Origin: Nageia nagi
Taxonomy: Eukaryota; Plantae; Pinophyta
Direction: 5' to 3'
Length of the DNA stretch: 64,000 bases
Assembly (NCBI GenBank): GCA_050084985.1
Contig: JBITNC010000001.1
Coordinates: 163,494,001-163,558,000, forward strand
A program made the translations under genes and the position numbers. This document shows, piece by piece, positions 49,991 to 64,000 of this stretch. Positions within the stretch are counted from its first letter, which is position 1, and every line of letters starts with the position of its first letter. The notes under the pieces were generated by a model. It was not told the DNA's origin and did not search any database. It saw only the letters and a list, made by a program, of their open reading frames with translations.

Positions 49991-51170
49991 AGACTCTAAA
50001 TTGTGAAAGCCAAGGCATTACAAGCTATAGTTTTCAATCTTGGTAAAAAATTAAAGTTTTAAAATAAAATATTCAAATGAGGGCTTATTGGATATTAGTG
50101 GGATATGATTCAAAGAGAATCTAAAAATGATTCAAAAAGAACCAAACTTGGATGAAGTAGATGAGCATTGTGTGAATGATGATTTCTTATTCTAGACAAA
50201 AAAAGTATATTATTGATAACTTGTATATGTAGCCCTCAACAAACTCTAATTTTCCTATTTAATGTCAAATGATACTCGATAGATATTCATATCTTAATTT
50301 AAAGGAGGGAAACTAACATGTATAGAATCTAACTATTGATTAAGTTTTTTCATTGATGATACAACACAAATAATATAAATTCTACTTTATAAAAAGAAGC
50401 AAGATGAATTTGGGAATCAAAGAATATATCTTTCTCTAAACAAAATTGGTTACAAGAAATGATTCTAACCAAACTATTTATATTTGAAATTGAAACAATG
50501 ATGTGAATTGCAAAGGATTTAAAATGTTGGCATCGTGTCTCTAGCCATACATGGAGGAATTTCAAATTAAATGAAAAACTGATATGTTATCAAATTTGGA
50601 ATTTGGATCACATAATTTTCACTTTAGGATGATATATGTATTATTTTGGCAATGATTATATCTAAACCAATAGTATATTTGTTGAGTACAAAGTAGAGTA
50701 AGATCAATCTTATATGCTTATTCTAGCTTATATGCATTATATGTAATTACATATAATAAAATATACTTTTTATGGTAGCCTATTATGATAGTAATCTCTA
50801 ACCACATGATTTGTAAAGTTAATTACACCTTAAAAACTTTGTAATTTTATCTAATACTAAAAAAATACATAATGTACACCCTACATACATAATACTTATA
50901 AGATCAAAGTTTATATTCTATTAGTGATGGGAGTTGCTTGATGCATGCAGAATATTATGGTTCAAACCCTAAGGATGATAAAGCAGAAACAAATGTAGGA
51001 ATTAAACCCAACTGAACTACCAAGATTAAGAGTAGAGAGTACAGAGTTTAAGTCAATCATAAGTCAATCTAATAAATTTGATTAAACTAATGAAAGAGGA
51101 AGCTAAGTTTTTCAAAAAAAATGGATCAATCTAATTGATAGAAAAATTTGAGAGTATGGAAAAAGAAGAT

Positions 51171-54100
51171 TGAGGGTTATAATACAAACTCAAGCAACAA
51201 TAACAATATTGAATGGATGAAGAAACTTAATGGAACTATCATTTACCAAATCAAGATAAAAAATGAAGATGAATATATGAACTATATTAATTGAAATAAA
51301 GAGCTTACAAATTATGGCAATACAACCCAAACTATGATATAGTAATGAAGGAAGCAAAGAACTCAAAGCTACAATCTACAACTTACTCAACACAATACAA
51401 ATTGAATAGAAAACTTAGAATTAACACAAAAAAAACTATCCTAAGTCTACCGCAACCCTAATATTTAATAAGAATCAATTACAATAAGAATTCTCATATT
51501 ACATGGAAACTATACTTACAAAAGAATCTATAAGTAACACTTAAAGAATCAATCTGATAAGAACTCTAGCATTGGTACTAACAAAATCATTAACGATAGA
51601 AGAGATATTGGTGCTAGAAAAAATATTGATGTTAACATAAGTATTTATGCATGCAAAAAAAATATCATCAGATCACGTTAATCTTTAGCATACTCCCCTT
51701 TGGTGCTAAGTGGAATCAAGTGAATTTCTTAGTTTTAAAAATTGATATTTAATGACTCCTTTTGTAAATACATCTATTAGTTTATCATGAGTGCTACAAT
51801 ATCTCAATTTAATAAGTATTTTCTCAACCTTATCATGAATGAAGTGATATTTCAATCCAAATTACTTTGATATGTTATGATGGAATGGGTTTTGTAACAA
51901 TTGAATGGCACTCAAGTTGTCACAAAATAGTAAAGTAGGTCCATGTTTCTTATCAGCTCCTCCAACATCTTATGGAGCCATAGTGTGTGAGAACTTGGTA
52001 AAGTGAGTGCTATATAATCTTCTTTAGTTGAGGAGAGTGCCATTGATCCCTTCTTCTTAGAGCCTCATGTGATTAGCATAGACCCTAAAGAAAAATAATT
52101 GTCAGAACTAGACTTCTAATAATCCAAATTACTACTCCAATCCAAATCACTAAAACTAAACAACTTCACTCTCTTATATTAAAAGTAATGGATCCCATAA
52201 TCAAGAGTACCCTTCACATACTTCAGAATTCTCTTTTCAACCTTCAAATGCAACAAATATGGGTCACTCATATACTTCGAAATTGTTAATACAACATAAG
52301 AAAAATCCCATTTGGTGTTGGTGAGAAACATAAGGCTCCCAACAATGCTCGTAAACTCCTTCATATTCACTCTTTAAGCCCCATAATCCTTAGACAATAA
52401 TACACCTTGATAAATAAGTGTAGGGATTGATTTGCAACTTTCCATCCTATATGTATGTAGCATATAATTTGCATATTCTATTTGGTAAATGAAGATTTTA
52501 CCATTGTTTTTATCCACTTATATGCAAAATAAATAATGCATCAACCCCAAATATTTCATTTCAAACTCTTGCATCATATCATACTTGAAGTTATCATTCA
52601 AAATAAAACTTATAATACCCATATAAATTAAATCATCCATTTACAAACACACAAGTAGGATGTTATTACCATATTTTTTGACATATAAGGTAGGTTCTTA
52701 TTTGATCCTTTTGAATCAACTCTTATGAAAGTAGCCATCAATTTTAGTGTACCAAGCTCTTGGAGCTTTCTTGAGACCATATAAGGCCTTCTTAAACCTA
52801 TACACCAAATTATCTTTTTCTTTTACCCCAAAATCTTGAGGTTTTTAGACATAAAATTCTTCATCTAGGTGCCCATTCAAAAAGGCACTTTTCATGTGAT
52901 GTACAATCCAACCTTAATGAGAATCCAATGAAAGTACCATTCAAATAACCTCTTGTATTGTCATAGGAGCAAATGTATGTTTATAATCAATCCCATATTT
53001 ATTTGTGAATCCCTTGGAAACCAACCTTGCTTTGAATTTTTTAAAAGTTACATCACTATTATACTTGGTCTTGTACACCCACTTGGATCCAACACACTTC
53101 TTTCATTTGGGCAACTCACCCAACTCCCAAGTATCATTCCTAGATATGAAATTGATTTCATCTTTCATAACTTGTAACCAAACATCATTAATACAAGAAT
53201 GTTCATAGAAAGAAGGATAAAAAATAGTAGTATAAAGAAAATCATACTTTACCATATCACCTTTGGGTTCACCATCATCTTCATCTCCATATATATGCAT
53301 ATTCTCAAGCCTCTGGACTACTTGATCCATCTCTTGGGCTTGGCCTTTAATCAACCTCTTTTAGAAATTGGTATCCAAATGTTGAGAAGGTGGATGAATT
53401 TGAAGTGCCTTAGCCCCCCAATTGGTTCATCTCACTTATAAAGAACTGTTAGGTGACTCATCACTAGAAGAAGGACTAGATGTACTTTTGTTTAGACTTT
53501 TTGATGGACTTATTGAGGGAGGACTAGGTGGAAAAATAAAAGCATTGGCACTAGGCACAAAACTAGTGTTGGATCTAGCATTGATACTAGTTACAAGAGG
53601 TTTGGGCTGCCCACAAGTATGAACACCAAATTGCACACTCTACTACATATTATTCCTAATGGAAGAACTTGAATAACTCTCCAAATTGGTTCCATCATTA
53701 GCACATAGTGTTTGATGATCATACACTCCCCTTTCATAAAAATTTACATCTCATGAGATAATAATATATCTAGTAAATCTTATTGGATTTTTTTTAGCTT
53801 ATAGTAGCTAATAAAAATGCAAGCTTCACTCTTTGCATCTTACTTATTCCTTTATTCATCAAATAAATGAGAAAATGCTTTGCACCCAAATTTTTTAAAG
53901 TGATTTTCATTTGTCTTATTTTGATACCAAGCTTCATAAGGAGTTATATTCTCCAAGCTTCTTGTGGGACTTATCTTGAAATATATACTATTTTCCTAAC
54001 AAAATTATCCCAATATATATTTTCCAAATATTTGGTTTGCAACATGCTTTTAGCCATCTCTATAGTAGTCTTATTTTTCCTCTCAACCACTCCATTTTGT

Positions 54101-56551
54101 TGTGGGGTGTAGGAAATAAAAAGTTTCCTCTTAATCCCATGATCCTTGTAAAATTGAAGAAATTCATTTAAGAAAAAATCCCCACCATAATCAATCCTCA
54201 AATATTTAATCCTATAATCATATTGATTCTCTACATAATTCTTGAAATCCTTGAAACATTAGAATTCTTAATTTTTATGTTTGAGAAAAAAGGTCCAACA
54301 CATCCTTGAAAAATCACCAATGAAGCTAAGAATATAGTTTTTACCCAAACTTTGAGTTTGCATTGGCCCATAAATATCAAAATGAACAAGATGAGTGGGT
54401 ATGAGGCCCTTTATACTTCCCTTTTAGGAAAACTCTTCCTAGTATGCTTCCCAAGAGCACATCTTTCACTCACAACTTTGGAGTCTTATAGTTTAGGAAA
54501 ACCATACACTATCTAATGAGAAGTCTAAAATTTCATGCTTCCAAAGTTCAAATGACCATATCTTAAATGTTGCAACCAAGTTTTATTTTTAGCTCCCCCT
54601 CCATGAGAAGCTACATTTTCAAGTTTCCCCCTTCACCTCCAAACATCAAGGGAAATAGCCTATTCTTTATCATAGGAACAATAGTGACCAACCTATTCCC
54701 ATAATTCTTGTCATAAATGATATAGTTCCCATCATTAAAAACTAATTTATTATTTCTCTTCATTTTCCTACACTCAATAAATTATGCTTCATATTTAGAG
54801 TATAGTAAATGTCATGTACCTTCTTTTTGCCTTCATTGGTGGCCACTTCCACTACACCTTTCACTACAAAAACCAATGCTTTATCATCACCAAGCTTGAT
54901 TGTATACTTGAAGGAGTGATCCAAGGAAGAGAATATCTCCCCTTTGTCCATCATATGATTTGAACAACCCATATCAAGCAACCAAGTCTATTGATGGTTC
55001 TTCTCAACTTGGCCATAAATTAAGAATAAAATCTTTTTAGTAAGAGCCTCACCCTCTTCATAGTTGGTTGATATTCCCTTAGAAGAACCTTCAATTTTCA
55101 TTCTCTCTCAAATTGTACAATCTTGTTTCAATGGTAATATTATATATATATTTTTATCACCTCTTCCTTGGCCTCAATCATGAGCAAAACCACTTTGACC
55201 TCTCCTCCTCTTCCTCTAGAATATTGTTGGCCTCTTACCTTTACATTCCCTTACTTTCTACTCAAAGAATCAATGTTGGTACTACCACTAGTACTAGAGC
55301 TAGAAAATGCTTTCTCTTTATTTCTCCCAACTGTAGTCTCCTTCAGTTTGTCCTCATATGATATGATAGAGCCAATGAGTTGATAAATATTGAATGTAGC
55401 CAAATTTTTGGTCTCCTTAATGATGATATCTATGTGGTTCCACCTAGAAGTGAGTGTTCTTAAAATATTTTTGATTACTATTTATTTTTTAAGCTACTCT
55501 CTAAGAGTTTCCATTTTATTGATAAACACCTTCACTCTAGCATAATCTAACATAATAGTCTTTTTTCCCTTAATTCTATTGCATCCTCAAGTTCTTAAGG
55601 TTTACAACTTGATCTCTTTCACTTGGTTACTACCTTGATAACCTTCTTGCAATGCTTTTCAAGCTTCAAAAGCTAACTTATAACTTGCAATCCTTGGAAA
55701 TATTCTCTTATCAAGGGCTAATTAAAGGTGATAAGTGTTAGATAGTTCTTGTTTTTTTCCTCCTTGACTTTTTAACAACATCTTGAGATAAGCTCCAACC
55801 TATGGTTCTAGATATCCATCCTCCATAATATCCCATAAATCTTTTTTCATCAACAAAGTCTTCATCTTGATGCTCCAATACTCATATTCTACTCTCAAAC
55901 TCTGGAATGGGAAGAGAGTATGTATTGATTGCCATAATAGCTCCAACAATAATCTCAAATAGTAGCTTAATAAGATGTTATTAAGATCAAATCTTTAAAC
56001 CCTGCAACTAAACTAGCTTTGATACCAACATAATATTTATAATATAAACTCAAACAATAACAACAACATTAAAAGGATGAAGCAACTTAATGGAGCTATC
56101 ATTTACTAAATCAAGATAAAAAATGAAGATGAATATATGAAATATATGAACTAAAATAAAGAGCTTACAAATGATGGCAATACAACCCAAATTGCGATAC
56201 AATAATAGAGGAAGAAAAGAACTCAAAGATACAATCTACAATTAACTCAACACAATACAACTTTAATAGAAAACTTAGAATCAACAGAAAGAATAACTAT
56301 CCGAAGTCTACCTCAAACCTATTATTTGTGAAGAAATAGTTACAATCATGATTCTCACGTTACATGGAAACTATAATTATAAAATAATCTATAAGTAACT
56401 CCTGAAGAATCAATCTAATAACAACTCTAGCATTGGCACTAATAAAAATGTTGATGCTAGCAGAAATGTTGGCATTAGCAAAAATGTTTGCATTGGTGTA
56501 AATGATGATGCTTGCAAAATAGATATCATGAGATCAAGTCAATCTTCAACA
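51171..56551 (-). mobile_element. Ty1/copia D, both LTRs present, heavily decayed
   Basis: LTRs ~51171-51690 and ~56031-56551, PBS gctttgatacca at 56016-27, PPT at 51691-51701. Motifs WLLDMGCSNHM, RIDYGGDF, TPQQNGVVERKN, NDTWELGELPK and RILKYVKGT. Left LTR edges and TSD unresolved. Confidence 0.92.
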
Positions 56552-56854
56552 TGGAGATCACAACATGAAATAATCATAGCCAATGTAGAATGTGTTAGGT
56601 CAAGTAATGGTAAGGAGTTGATCTACTAAGGATACATGGACCTCTTAGGAATCATATCTAACAAAGTTATAAATTTTATTATACTTTTTATTATATTATT
56701 TCATTCTTAGATTAGTTCTATTTTGTTTATTTTGAAGGCTTGGGTTCTTGATCTACAACCCTATTTTGAAGATGGATCTCATTGAATATCTTTATTAGGG
56801 TGATCTAAAAATTTACAAGACCTTTCAAAACCCTTATTTCTACTATGCATAAAA

Positions 56855-57205
56855 AATGATTGAAAATGATAAAATAATGATAATCAATGATAATGAATGA
56901 TAAATAATAATAAATTATTTATGATTAATTATAGGTATATATAAGTAATAAAATTAATGAATAGTCAATGATGATTAATGATAAATGATGATAACTAATA
57001 ATAATAATTAAGATTAAGTCCTAATTTAAATTTGTTAATGATAAACATATAACAAGGAAGAAACTTAGGAGAATACAGAGAACTAAGGGATGCATTGTTA
57101 ATGAGTAATAAATGATGATAAGTAAAATTAATTCCTAATTTAGATTTGTTAATGATAAACTTATATCAAGGATCAAACTTAGGAGAATAAAGATAAATAA
57201 AGGAT
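56855..57205. repeat. ATGATA-rich low-complexity tract with a ~75 bp duplication (57016-57090 and 57131-57204)
   Basis: tcctaatttaRatttgttaatgataaac...aaacttaggagaata occurs twice among (ATG/ATA)n runs. Confidence 0.75.
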
Positions 57206-57322
57206 AAGTTGCAATACTTTATTCTCCATTAATAATAATTAAAATTTTGAGCTCAATGAGACAAAAACCCTAAAAACTTTTTAAAAGCTAAGTAAACTTT
57301 ATTTAAACTTACCAAAAAAAAA

Positions 57323-57960
57323 TTTATTAGGTAAATGAAAGAAGTTACATCATCACAACAAAATAGGGATTTTTTATGGAGAATCCTCAAAGTAGAGAAG
57401 TTTCTAACAATATATCCTTTTAGTACAAAAAGATTTCAACATCTGAAGTAGTAAAAAAGATTAAAAAATAATAATAATTAAGTAAAATTATAGAAAATTC
57501 ACAATGACCTTGGTTCAAAAATTTCAAATACATGCCATAATATTTAGTATTTGTATTTAAACCACTTGATGAAATCTAGCTTGTTCATTCTCTATTCTAG
57601 AGTTGCATTGCTAGGAAGAAATTCATATTTAGTGTTGCTTCCACTTCTTAAGTCAATGGCCTCCATAATTACATATCTCCTTATATGCTTCTTTATTCAT
57701 GGATCTCTTAGGGGTATCTACTTGAATTTTTCTCTTTTGATTTTGTTCTATTCATTAGAATTTGAAGCTTGTTGTCCTTATATCATATGTTTTTTTGTTG
57801 TTTTATTTTTTAGATTGATCTCCTACAATAGTTTATAGTCCATTTTTCAAAGAGTCCTTTTGTACTTCTTATGGTTTTTCTTATTGTTCTTGTCTCTTTC
57901 ATTTCTCATTTTGGTAGATAATATTCCTTTATGTGAAATCTTGCATTTATCCCAACACAC
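57323..57960 (-). mobile_element. 3' part of a second copy of the 31668-33568 LINE-like family
   Basis: The reverse complement aligns with ~32950-33565, e.g. aagtacaaaaggactct, attatggaggMcatt and ttttgttgtgatgatgtaacttctttYatttacctaataaa. Confidence 0.8.
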
Positions 57961-58897
57961 ATAGACATACCCATGTTAGGATAAGTGAGGTGTGAAGATA
58001 CCTATGTGGAAGTTTTCAAGTTCCACTCCCACTATAGATGATAAAATGTAATCTTAAATTATATTATGGGATGAAATAATTATATATACTTAGTAACTAA
58101 TGTAAATAGATCAAGATAATAGAAATGATGGAACTAAAATAATAACATGCCCTAACCTATGAGATAATAGATTGATAGATGCATACATATTACTTACCTA
58201 GACTATGAAGATGCACTTAAAGATATGTGGATAAACATAAAGACTCATATCTAGGATCTTGAAATGATATTTTGCATGTGATTGAGTGTTTGCATTGGTG
58301 CTAAGGATTCCAACGGTGCAGGTCACTTGCTTTGATTCCAATCTTGATAGGTGGTGTTGAAGAACACTGGTAATTTTGTTAGAGATATGCATAATCCTAT
58401 CAAGATAAAATATTGATAGCCTTCACACATATATAATTCTCAATTTATAGGTTTAAGAATATACCTGAATGTACCTTTGTATGCTAGCACCAATGCTAGT
58501 CATCCAACCTACAAAAGAAGAGAATTACACATGAGAAGTAACTTAAGTAGATTATAAGCGGTAATAGAAATATAACATAACATCATATTCATCCTAAAAT
58601 TGTGAGGGTTAAGTGACATGTAGTTTGAACCTAAAAGGATGTCAAATTATGGATCAAAACATGCCCCCCTTTGCAAGTTTTAATGAAGTAAATTGAAATT
58701 AATTTTTGCAAAGTGGATAAGAGAAAAAATAAATTCCTAGTATTTATTGGATCTTCATGGAATCAACAATTTATTGGTGATGTATTTTCCCCCCTCTTTG
58801 CATTGTTTGTTGATGGAGTGGCTAGCAAGAATAAATTGTAAAGAACCTATAAAAAAATAGAAATACCTTCTAAAGATTATAAGAGAATTATGTATTT

Positions 58898-59128
58898 CAT
58901 AGTGATGGTTAGTTTTAATCCAATCAACAAAGTTGATCACAAAGGTGATGGTTAATAATCCAAACAAAAAAGGTGATCTTAAATCAAACATAGTGATGGT
59001 TAGTTTCAACCCAACTCACAAAGGTGATCATAAAGCAAACATAGTGATGATTAGTTTCAACCAAACCAATAAAGGTGATCATAAAGGTGATGGTTAATAA
59101 CCCAACCACCAAAGGTGTTCATAAAGCA
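58898..59128. repeat. Minisatellite of ~40-50 bp units
   Basis: (ata/aag)gtgatggtta...aaaggtgatcataaa recurs about 5 times. Confidence 0.85.
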
Positions 59129-60599
59129 TATAAAATTTCATCACAATGAATTATATCATTGCAAGTATCATTTTCCCTAGATACCACTTGGATTCATCAT
59201 AATTGACTATGCCATTGTAGGTACCCTTTACCTTAGGTAACATTGGGAAGTTGTGTCCACACTATTGATGGTTAATTATATCCCAACCAAAAAAGGATAT
59301 GAGCATATAATTTTAAAACATAGTAAAATAGGATCTTTCATTTCCTTTATATTTTTCTTATATGTAAGTATCATAAATGAAAGAAACTCATAACAAGATT
59401 TTATTTCCACTAGATATAACAATGATAAAGGAGTGTAAATGAAATAAATATTGCTAAATATCACTTTACTCAAAATAACATTTGAAAACATAAGCATTGA
59501 ATATTACTCCCAAATGTAGTGTACTTGTGAATTAAAAAAGATGTAGAGTTAATAACACTCCCTTTACAATTTCCTGGAGGCATGCCCCTAAATCTTTTCC
59601 TTTGGAAAATATTGCATTTACTTGTTCTTTTACCCAATGCTAGCATTGAGGAACATATGTATCTTTGAAACACTTATGAGAGTGATCAAATCATCTAGCT
59701 TTGAAGAAATAAATTTGAATATGCTAATAATTTAGAAAAATTACACATAAAATTACTTACCTACTAGTACTAGCATTGCCCTTAGCACTAGTGCTAATAA
59801 GCTTAAATTTATTTTATCAAATTTTATTTTGATACCTTTTCTTATCATGGAGATTTTAGGAAATTATTCTTGAGGTAAATTATGGTTGTTTACTATAGCA
59901 ATTTAATGTGTCTCAAAGTTTGTATCCTATTTAGAGTTTTAAATAGGGGAATATCTTTCTAATTTATCATTATCTCGTGTGAGGGAGATTTGAAGTTTTT
60001 TTGGGTTTATGGTGATTTTTTGGAGGTATACTTAAGGTTTTATCAATGATTTATGATCGAGGCTATGGAGGTCCAAATTAACAAACAAGATGGTCATAAG
60101 ACTCATGTTTTATGATGCAACCCTAACTCTTATCTTGTTGTGAGTTCCAAATGACCTAACTCTTCTCATTTTCCCTTGTTTCATGGTTGGAATAAAGTTT
60201 ATTTTGAATTTCATGGTTTGGTTTTTGTTTAAAATTCCATGTATGGTTAAGTTCTAGGGCTTCCATATTTTAGGGGTTTTTTTTATCTTTGTTTTGTAGG
60301 ATTTATTCATTATATAACTATTTTCATGTTTAGGAAGTGCCCTAAAATTCTTGTATGTGCATTGTGAAGGATGCCCAATGCTAGCATTGGGGTGTTAAGT
60401 ATCCCAATGCCAACTTTGGGAAAATAACATAACCAAAATTTTGTGTGCTTGTGTACATTCATTTTGCTTTTGTAAAATAAAAGTAAATATGAAAAATAAT
60501 TTTTTTATGAAAATATATATACTTACTTGTATGTTCTTTAATTGATGTAGGCTCATTCACACATCATTGTACTTAAGCCATGAAGTAAGATATGGGAAA

Positions 60600-62330
60600 T
60601 TACCCCACACCTAATATGAGGACCTCGACTAGGAGGTACTTATAAAATTGATACAGGTTAGGGTCAGATATTTTCTTAAGTTACCCTATGTGAAGGTTGA
60701 AAAGCATACGTTAAGAACCTTGCTTGAGTGTTGGTATGATATCAATAACATGTTTCACCTTCATATAAGTGAAATGACCATAACTCTTTAGGATGTACAT
60801 AATATTTTGAGAGTGTTTGTGAAGGGGACTAAGATGAAGGATAACTTGACTCTTATGGTTACAGTTGAGAATGCAAAATGGATAACCAGCTTGGAGGAAT
60901 ACCATGCAAGTAAAATGGGAGCCTATATCCATAAAGTGGTTCACAAAAGGCCTCAAACAAAAATATATCCTGTATTGATAGTGGCTACATGCATTGATAG
61001 TATAATCTATCCTAATAAGAACCATGAAGTGTTTATGCTAGCTATGATGAATATTGTGAGGAAGATGGCTCAGGGATACAAGTTTTCATGGGTTCCATAT
61101 GTAGTTGCATAAATATATCATGATTTGTATAACTTTGTATTAGTTCTCAAGAATGGGTGAAGGGTAGCTCACACCTATGTGCTTTAGTGTTGGAACCTCA
61201 AGCATATTATGTTATTTAGACCTTTGGAGTTACTTATATATGTAGAAGATGAGACACTACCAAAATGGAGTAGGTGGTCCATTGTGAGGTGGATGAGTAG
61301 GATACATGATACACTAAAAATGTTATGTAAGGTGGTTGATAATTTGATAAAGGATGATGTAATCTATGACCTTTATGATTGTGTGAGGTGGCATGTGAGT
61401 GCTTATGAGTTGAGTTAGCAAATAGCACCATGATACCTTCAATTAAAAAAAAGATTTTATGGATCCATATAAACTTGAAAGAGGAAAAATACAATTCAAG
61501 TGAGGATAAGTAATACCTCCTTCTTCCCATTAAATCATTCGCACAATTGTGAGACAAATAATTAATCCTTGTGAGGTTGAGGTTATACTTAAATGGAATA
61601 GTAACTAATACCCTCCATAACATACAAACCACTACCCCTTGGGATATATGTCAATGAATAACTAAAGGCAATAATTGAGGGTGAGGTTTAAGAAGAGCAT
61701 GACAATGATGATGAGGAATGTATGGAACTAGGCATGGATGAGGAGGAGAATTCACCTGATGTAACATATGTGCAAGAATATATGGATGATGTGGAGGGTT
61801 AGAAGATCCTAGTGGGCATTCCCCATGTCATTACCATTGATTACAATGTTAAGTTTGGTAAAATTATTATCTATTTTCTTGCAAAATGTTAGCTTCAATA
61901 TATATACTCATTCTTTGTGTTTGTAGCTAATGTGAAGGAATAATTGAATGTTTTGCAAGAGAAGTATGATACCTTGGATACAAAGTTGACTAAGCTATAG
62001 GAGACACTGATAGCTCAGGATAAGATAATTGAGGCCAAATATGAATAAATAGCTTCCCTATAATAATAACTTGAGGTTCAAAAATAAGTGATCCAAGATA
62101 TGATAACCACCCTAGATGTTGATAAAAGAAGTGCTATGTTATGCATGATATAGGAGATCCAAAAGTATGAAAAAGAGAATTAAGATCTTGTTATACACAA
62201 TGTATACTCAAAGAATCAATAATGTATATTAGAATGTGACACAAGTGCAAGATTCCCAAGTCTCTCTATGATGGAAAAAGAGAGCTCATAGAGAATAAAG
62301 TATGCATGGGGAGAGTAAAAGCTCCTAAAC
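60600..62330 (+). pseudogene. Decayed plant mobile domain (PMD, aminotransferase-like) ORF with acidic and coiled-coil-like tail
   Basis: LLECWYDINNMFHLHISEMTITL*DVHNILRV (60720-60815) matches the PMD motif LVERWxxETHTFHLPxGEMTITLQDVxxILGLP. YKFSWVPYVVA*IYHDL matches YSWGxAxLAxLYxxL. An acidic stretch follows (~61690-61800), and there is a candidate GT-AG intron at 61858-61926. Confidence 0.85.
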
Positions 62331-62665
62331 ATGCTAATTGTAATTTTTAAACCACTTTTGACATATTAATATGAACATGCTCTTTATGGTTTCAAAATTT
62401 GTGTTATGTGCATGATGTAGTTTTTTAATATTTTGATATTTTTCAAATATTTTTGCAATATTTTTATATTTTACTAATGCATAAAGTACAAAAAATGAAA
62501 TAAAGGAAAAGTTAAGAAAAAATGATAAGCACAATGCTTGTAAGCAAACATACCTTTTTTGCATGCCTTTTTGAATCCATCAATGAAGTTGATTGATGTA
62601 TCTAGATGTTTAACTTTTATAAACTAAGGGAAGGGCTTTTTGAAGATCCCTAAATTTATATTTTT

Positions 62666-63560
62666 TCATATTGAGACCCATTCATATTCACTTAAAATTT
62701 TACCAATATCCCCTAAGTCTTGTGTTTTGTTCTTTAGTACATAAAAACCTTTTATGAGATATCCTCTATGTTCATGATAGTTGCAGAAATGATCATATCT
62801 AACATTAGGACCAAACTTTGGATCTTTGGTGGCTAGAGGAGGCAATGCCATAAGCTTCTTTTTGACCAAGAGTTATGATACTTCATCAATATTATCATAT
62901 ATAGATATGAAATTTATTTCTTATTTCTTAGGGCCTTGGGTGAACTCTATTATTTTCTTTGCAACAACTACAATGGGAATTTTAGGCTGATATTTTTATT
63001 TCTTTGTTGTAGGTGGAGTTTTATTCCTTTTATCATTTTGAAACTCTCCACAACTTATCAAGAATATTTCTATTTCAATGATTGAATGAAGAAATGTATG
63101 CAATGGCTTCTTATGATAATTGAAATATAATACCTTATATTTTTATTTTAGTAATTGAATGAATGACTGAAGTTTGTGTTTTTCATCAATGGTAAGTCTA
63201 TTGATAATTTTGTTCCAATTCTTGATAAAGGATTCAATTGTTTGACCTTCCCTTTTATTTAAGTACATTAAATTAGTAAACAAATTTTCTTATGTAATAA
63301 ATACCTTGAAAGCATCAATGAATGATATTCTAAGTTAGGTAAACTCTTGAATGTTATCATGAGGTAGCTTGTTAAACCATTTGAGAGCACCCCCTTTCAA
63401 TGTGAGAGGAAATAATTTGGCATGAAAATATCTATCCAATGTGATAACTGAAACTTCATCCTCATAAATTTGTATATGCAATTATGGATATTCATGACCT
63501 TCATATTTTGTGAATTTCAAGCTCTTATTGGTATCCATAATAGCTTCTCTTTTTCTTTGG
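62666..63560 (-). pseudogene. Decayed Ty3/gypsy gag
   Basis: AKLFPLTLKGGALKWFNKLPHDNIQEF (Retrotrans_gag) and C-terminal FCNYHEHRGYLIKGFYVLKNKTQDL, a decayed CHHC-type knuckle typical of non-chromovirus gypsy elements. Confidence 0.85.
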
Positions 63561-64000
63561 AAAAATGGATTTCTATCTTCCTTCTTCTTTGTGATTGTTT
63601 ACCATAGGAAATTAAGAGCTCTTGAAATTGCTTATGTAACTCATTCATATCTAGAATAGGAGAAGTTTAAGATATATGGATTACCTGATATTGTTGAACA
63701 TATCTTTCAAGAGTATGAAGGAATTGAAAATATATTTTCTTGTTATTTATATCATTAATGATCTTGTGAAGAACTTACACAAATCATCCATCTAAATTAT
63801 CTGAAGATAACTTATTCATATCCTCTTTATTATGGTTGAGAAATATGGAATTCTTTATGTCATTCTATTATTGTGATCAACCAATGAAATGATTTAAGAC
63901 TTTTTAAAGAAAACACTGATATTGAATTCTCCATTCATCCTTAGGATCAAGATCATAAGAAACTATTAATGGTGTTTTATCTTTTGTTACATATATTCCC

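Larger units (their letters stand above)
57974..64000 (-). mobile_element. Tat/Ogre/Athila-like Ty3/gypsy F lacking pol, with an antisense PMD ORF; continues past the window end
   Basis: PPT-like tgcccccct (58662-70) next to a putative LTR end (...aaaaca, 58661); LTR left edge tentatively 57974. Minus-strand gag at ~62666-63560 and a plus-strand PMD ORF between gag and the PPT. Confidence 0.6.

Noticed and set aside
51160-56560. TSD for copia D
   Set aside because: No exact 5-bp match (best ttgag/tggag), and the LTR left edges are too decayed to fix.
58898-59128. CRISPR-like repeat/spacer pattern
   Set aside because: The intervening sequences are themselves homologous, the context is a eukaryotic TE, and no cas genes are present.

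Overview
AT-rich, CpG-depleted plant nuclear DNA, probably gymnosperm (inferred from the retroelement types, the long intron and heavy C>T/G>A decay). About three quarters is decayed transposon sequence. One gene looks intact: a Yos1/IER3IP1-family ER-Golgi trafficking gene on the minus strand (CDS 20497-20730) with a probable ~8.2 kb 5'UTR intron and a CpG-retaining first exon near 28946-29100. Two gene relics are present. A glycine decarboxylase P-protein (GLDP) pseudogene has three exons, and one intron holds a nested stack: an ORF1-only LINE, a 10.4 kb Ty1/copia inserted in it with an internal 1.1 kb triplication, and a solo LTR. An isolated hexokinase-like (HKL) exon-1 fragment sits in a spliced-looking, CpG-rich minus-strand region. 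The rest is two more copia elements, several Ty3/gypsy elements, a hAT-like MITE and small tandem repeats. The most notable theme is retroelements that keep only their structural protein and lack the enzymes: TSD-bounded 1.6-1.9 kb LINE-like elements with ORF1 and poly(A) but no ORF2 (resembling mammalian HAL1 'half-L1'), a gag+protease-only gypsy, and a pol-less gypsy carrying a spliced antisense plant-mobile-domain ORF. All alignments and divergence values are hand estimates; no database searches were run.
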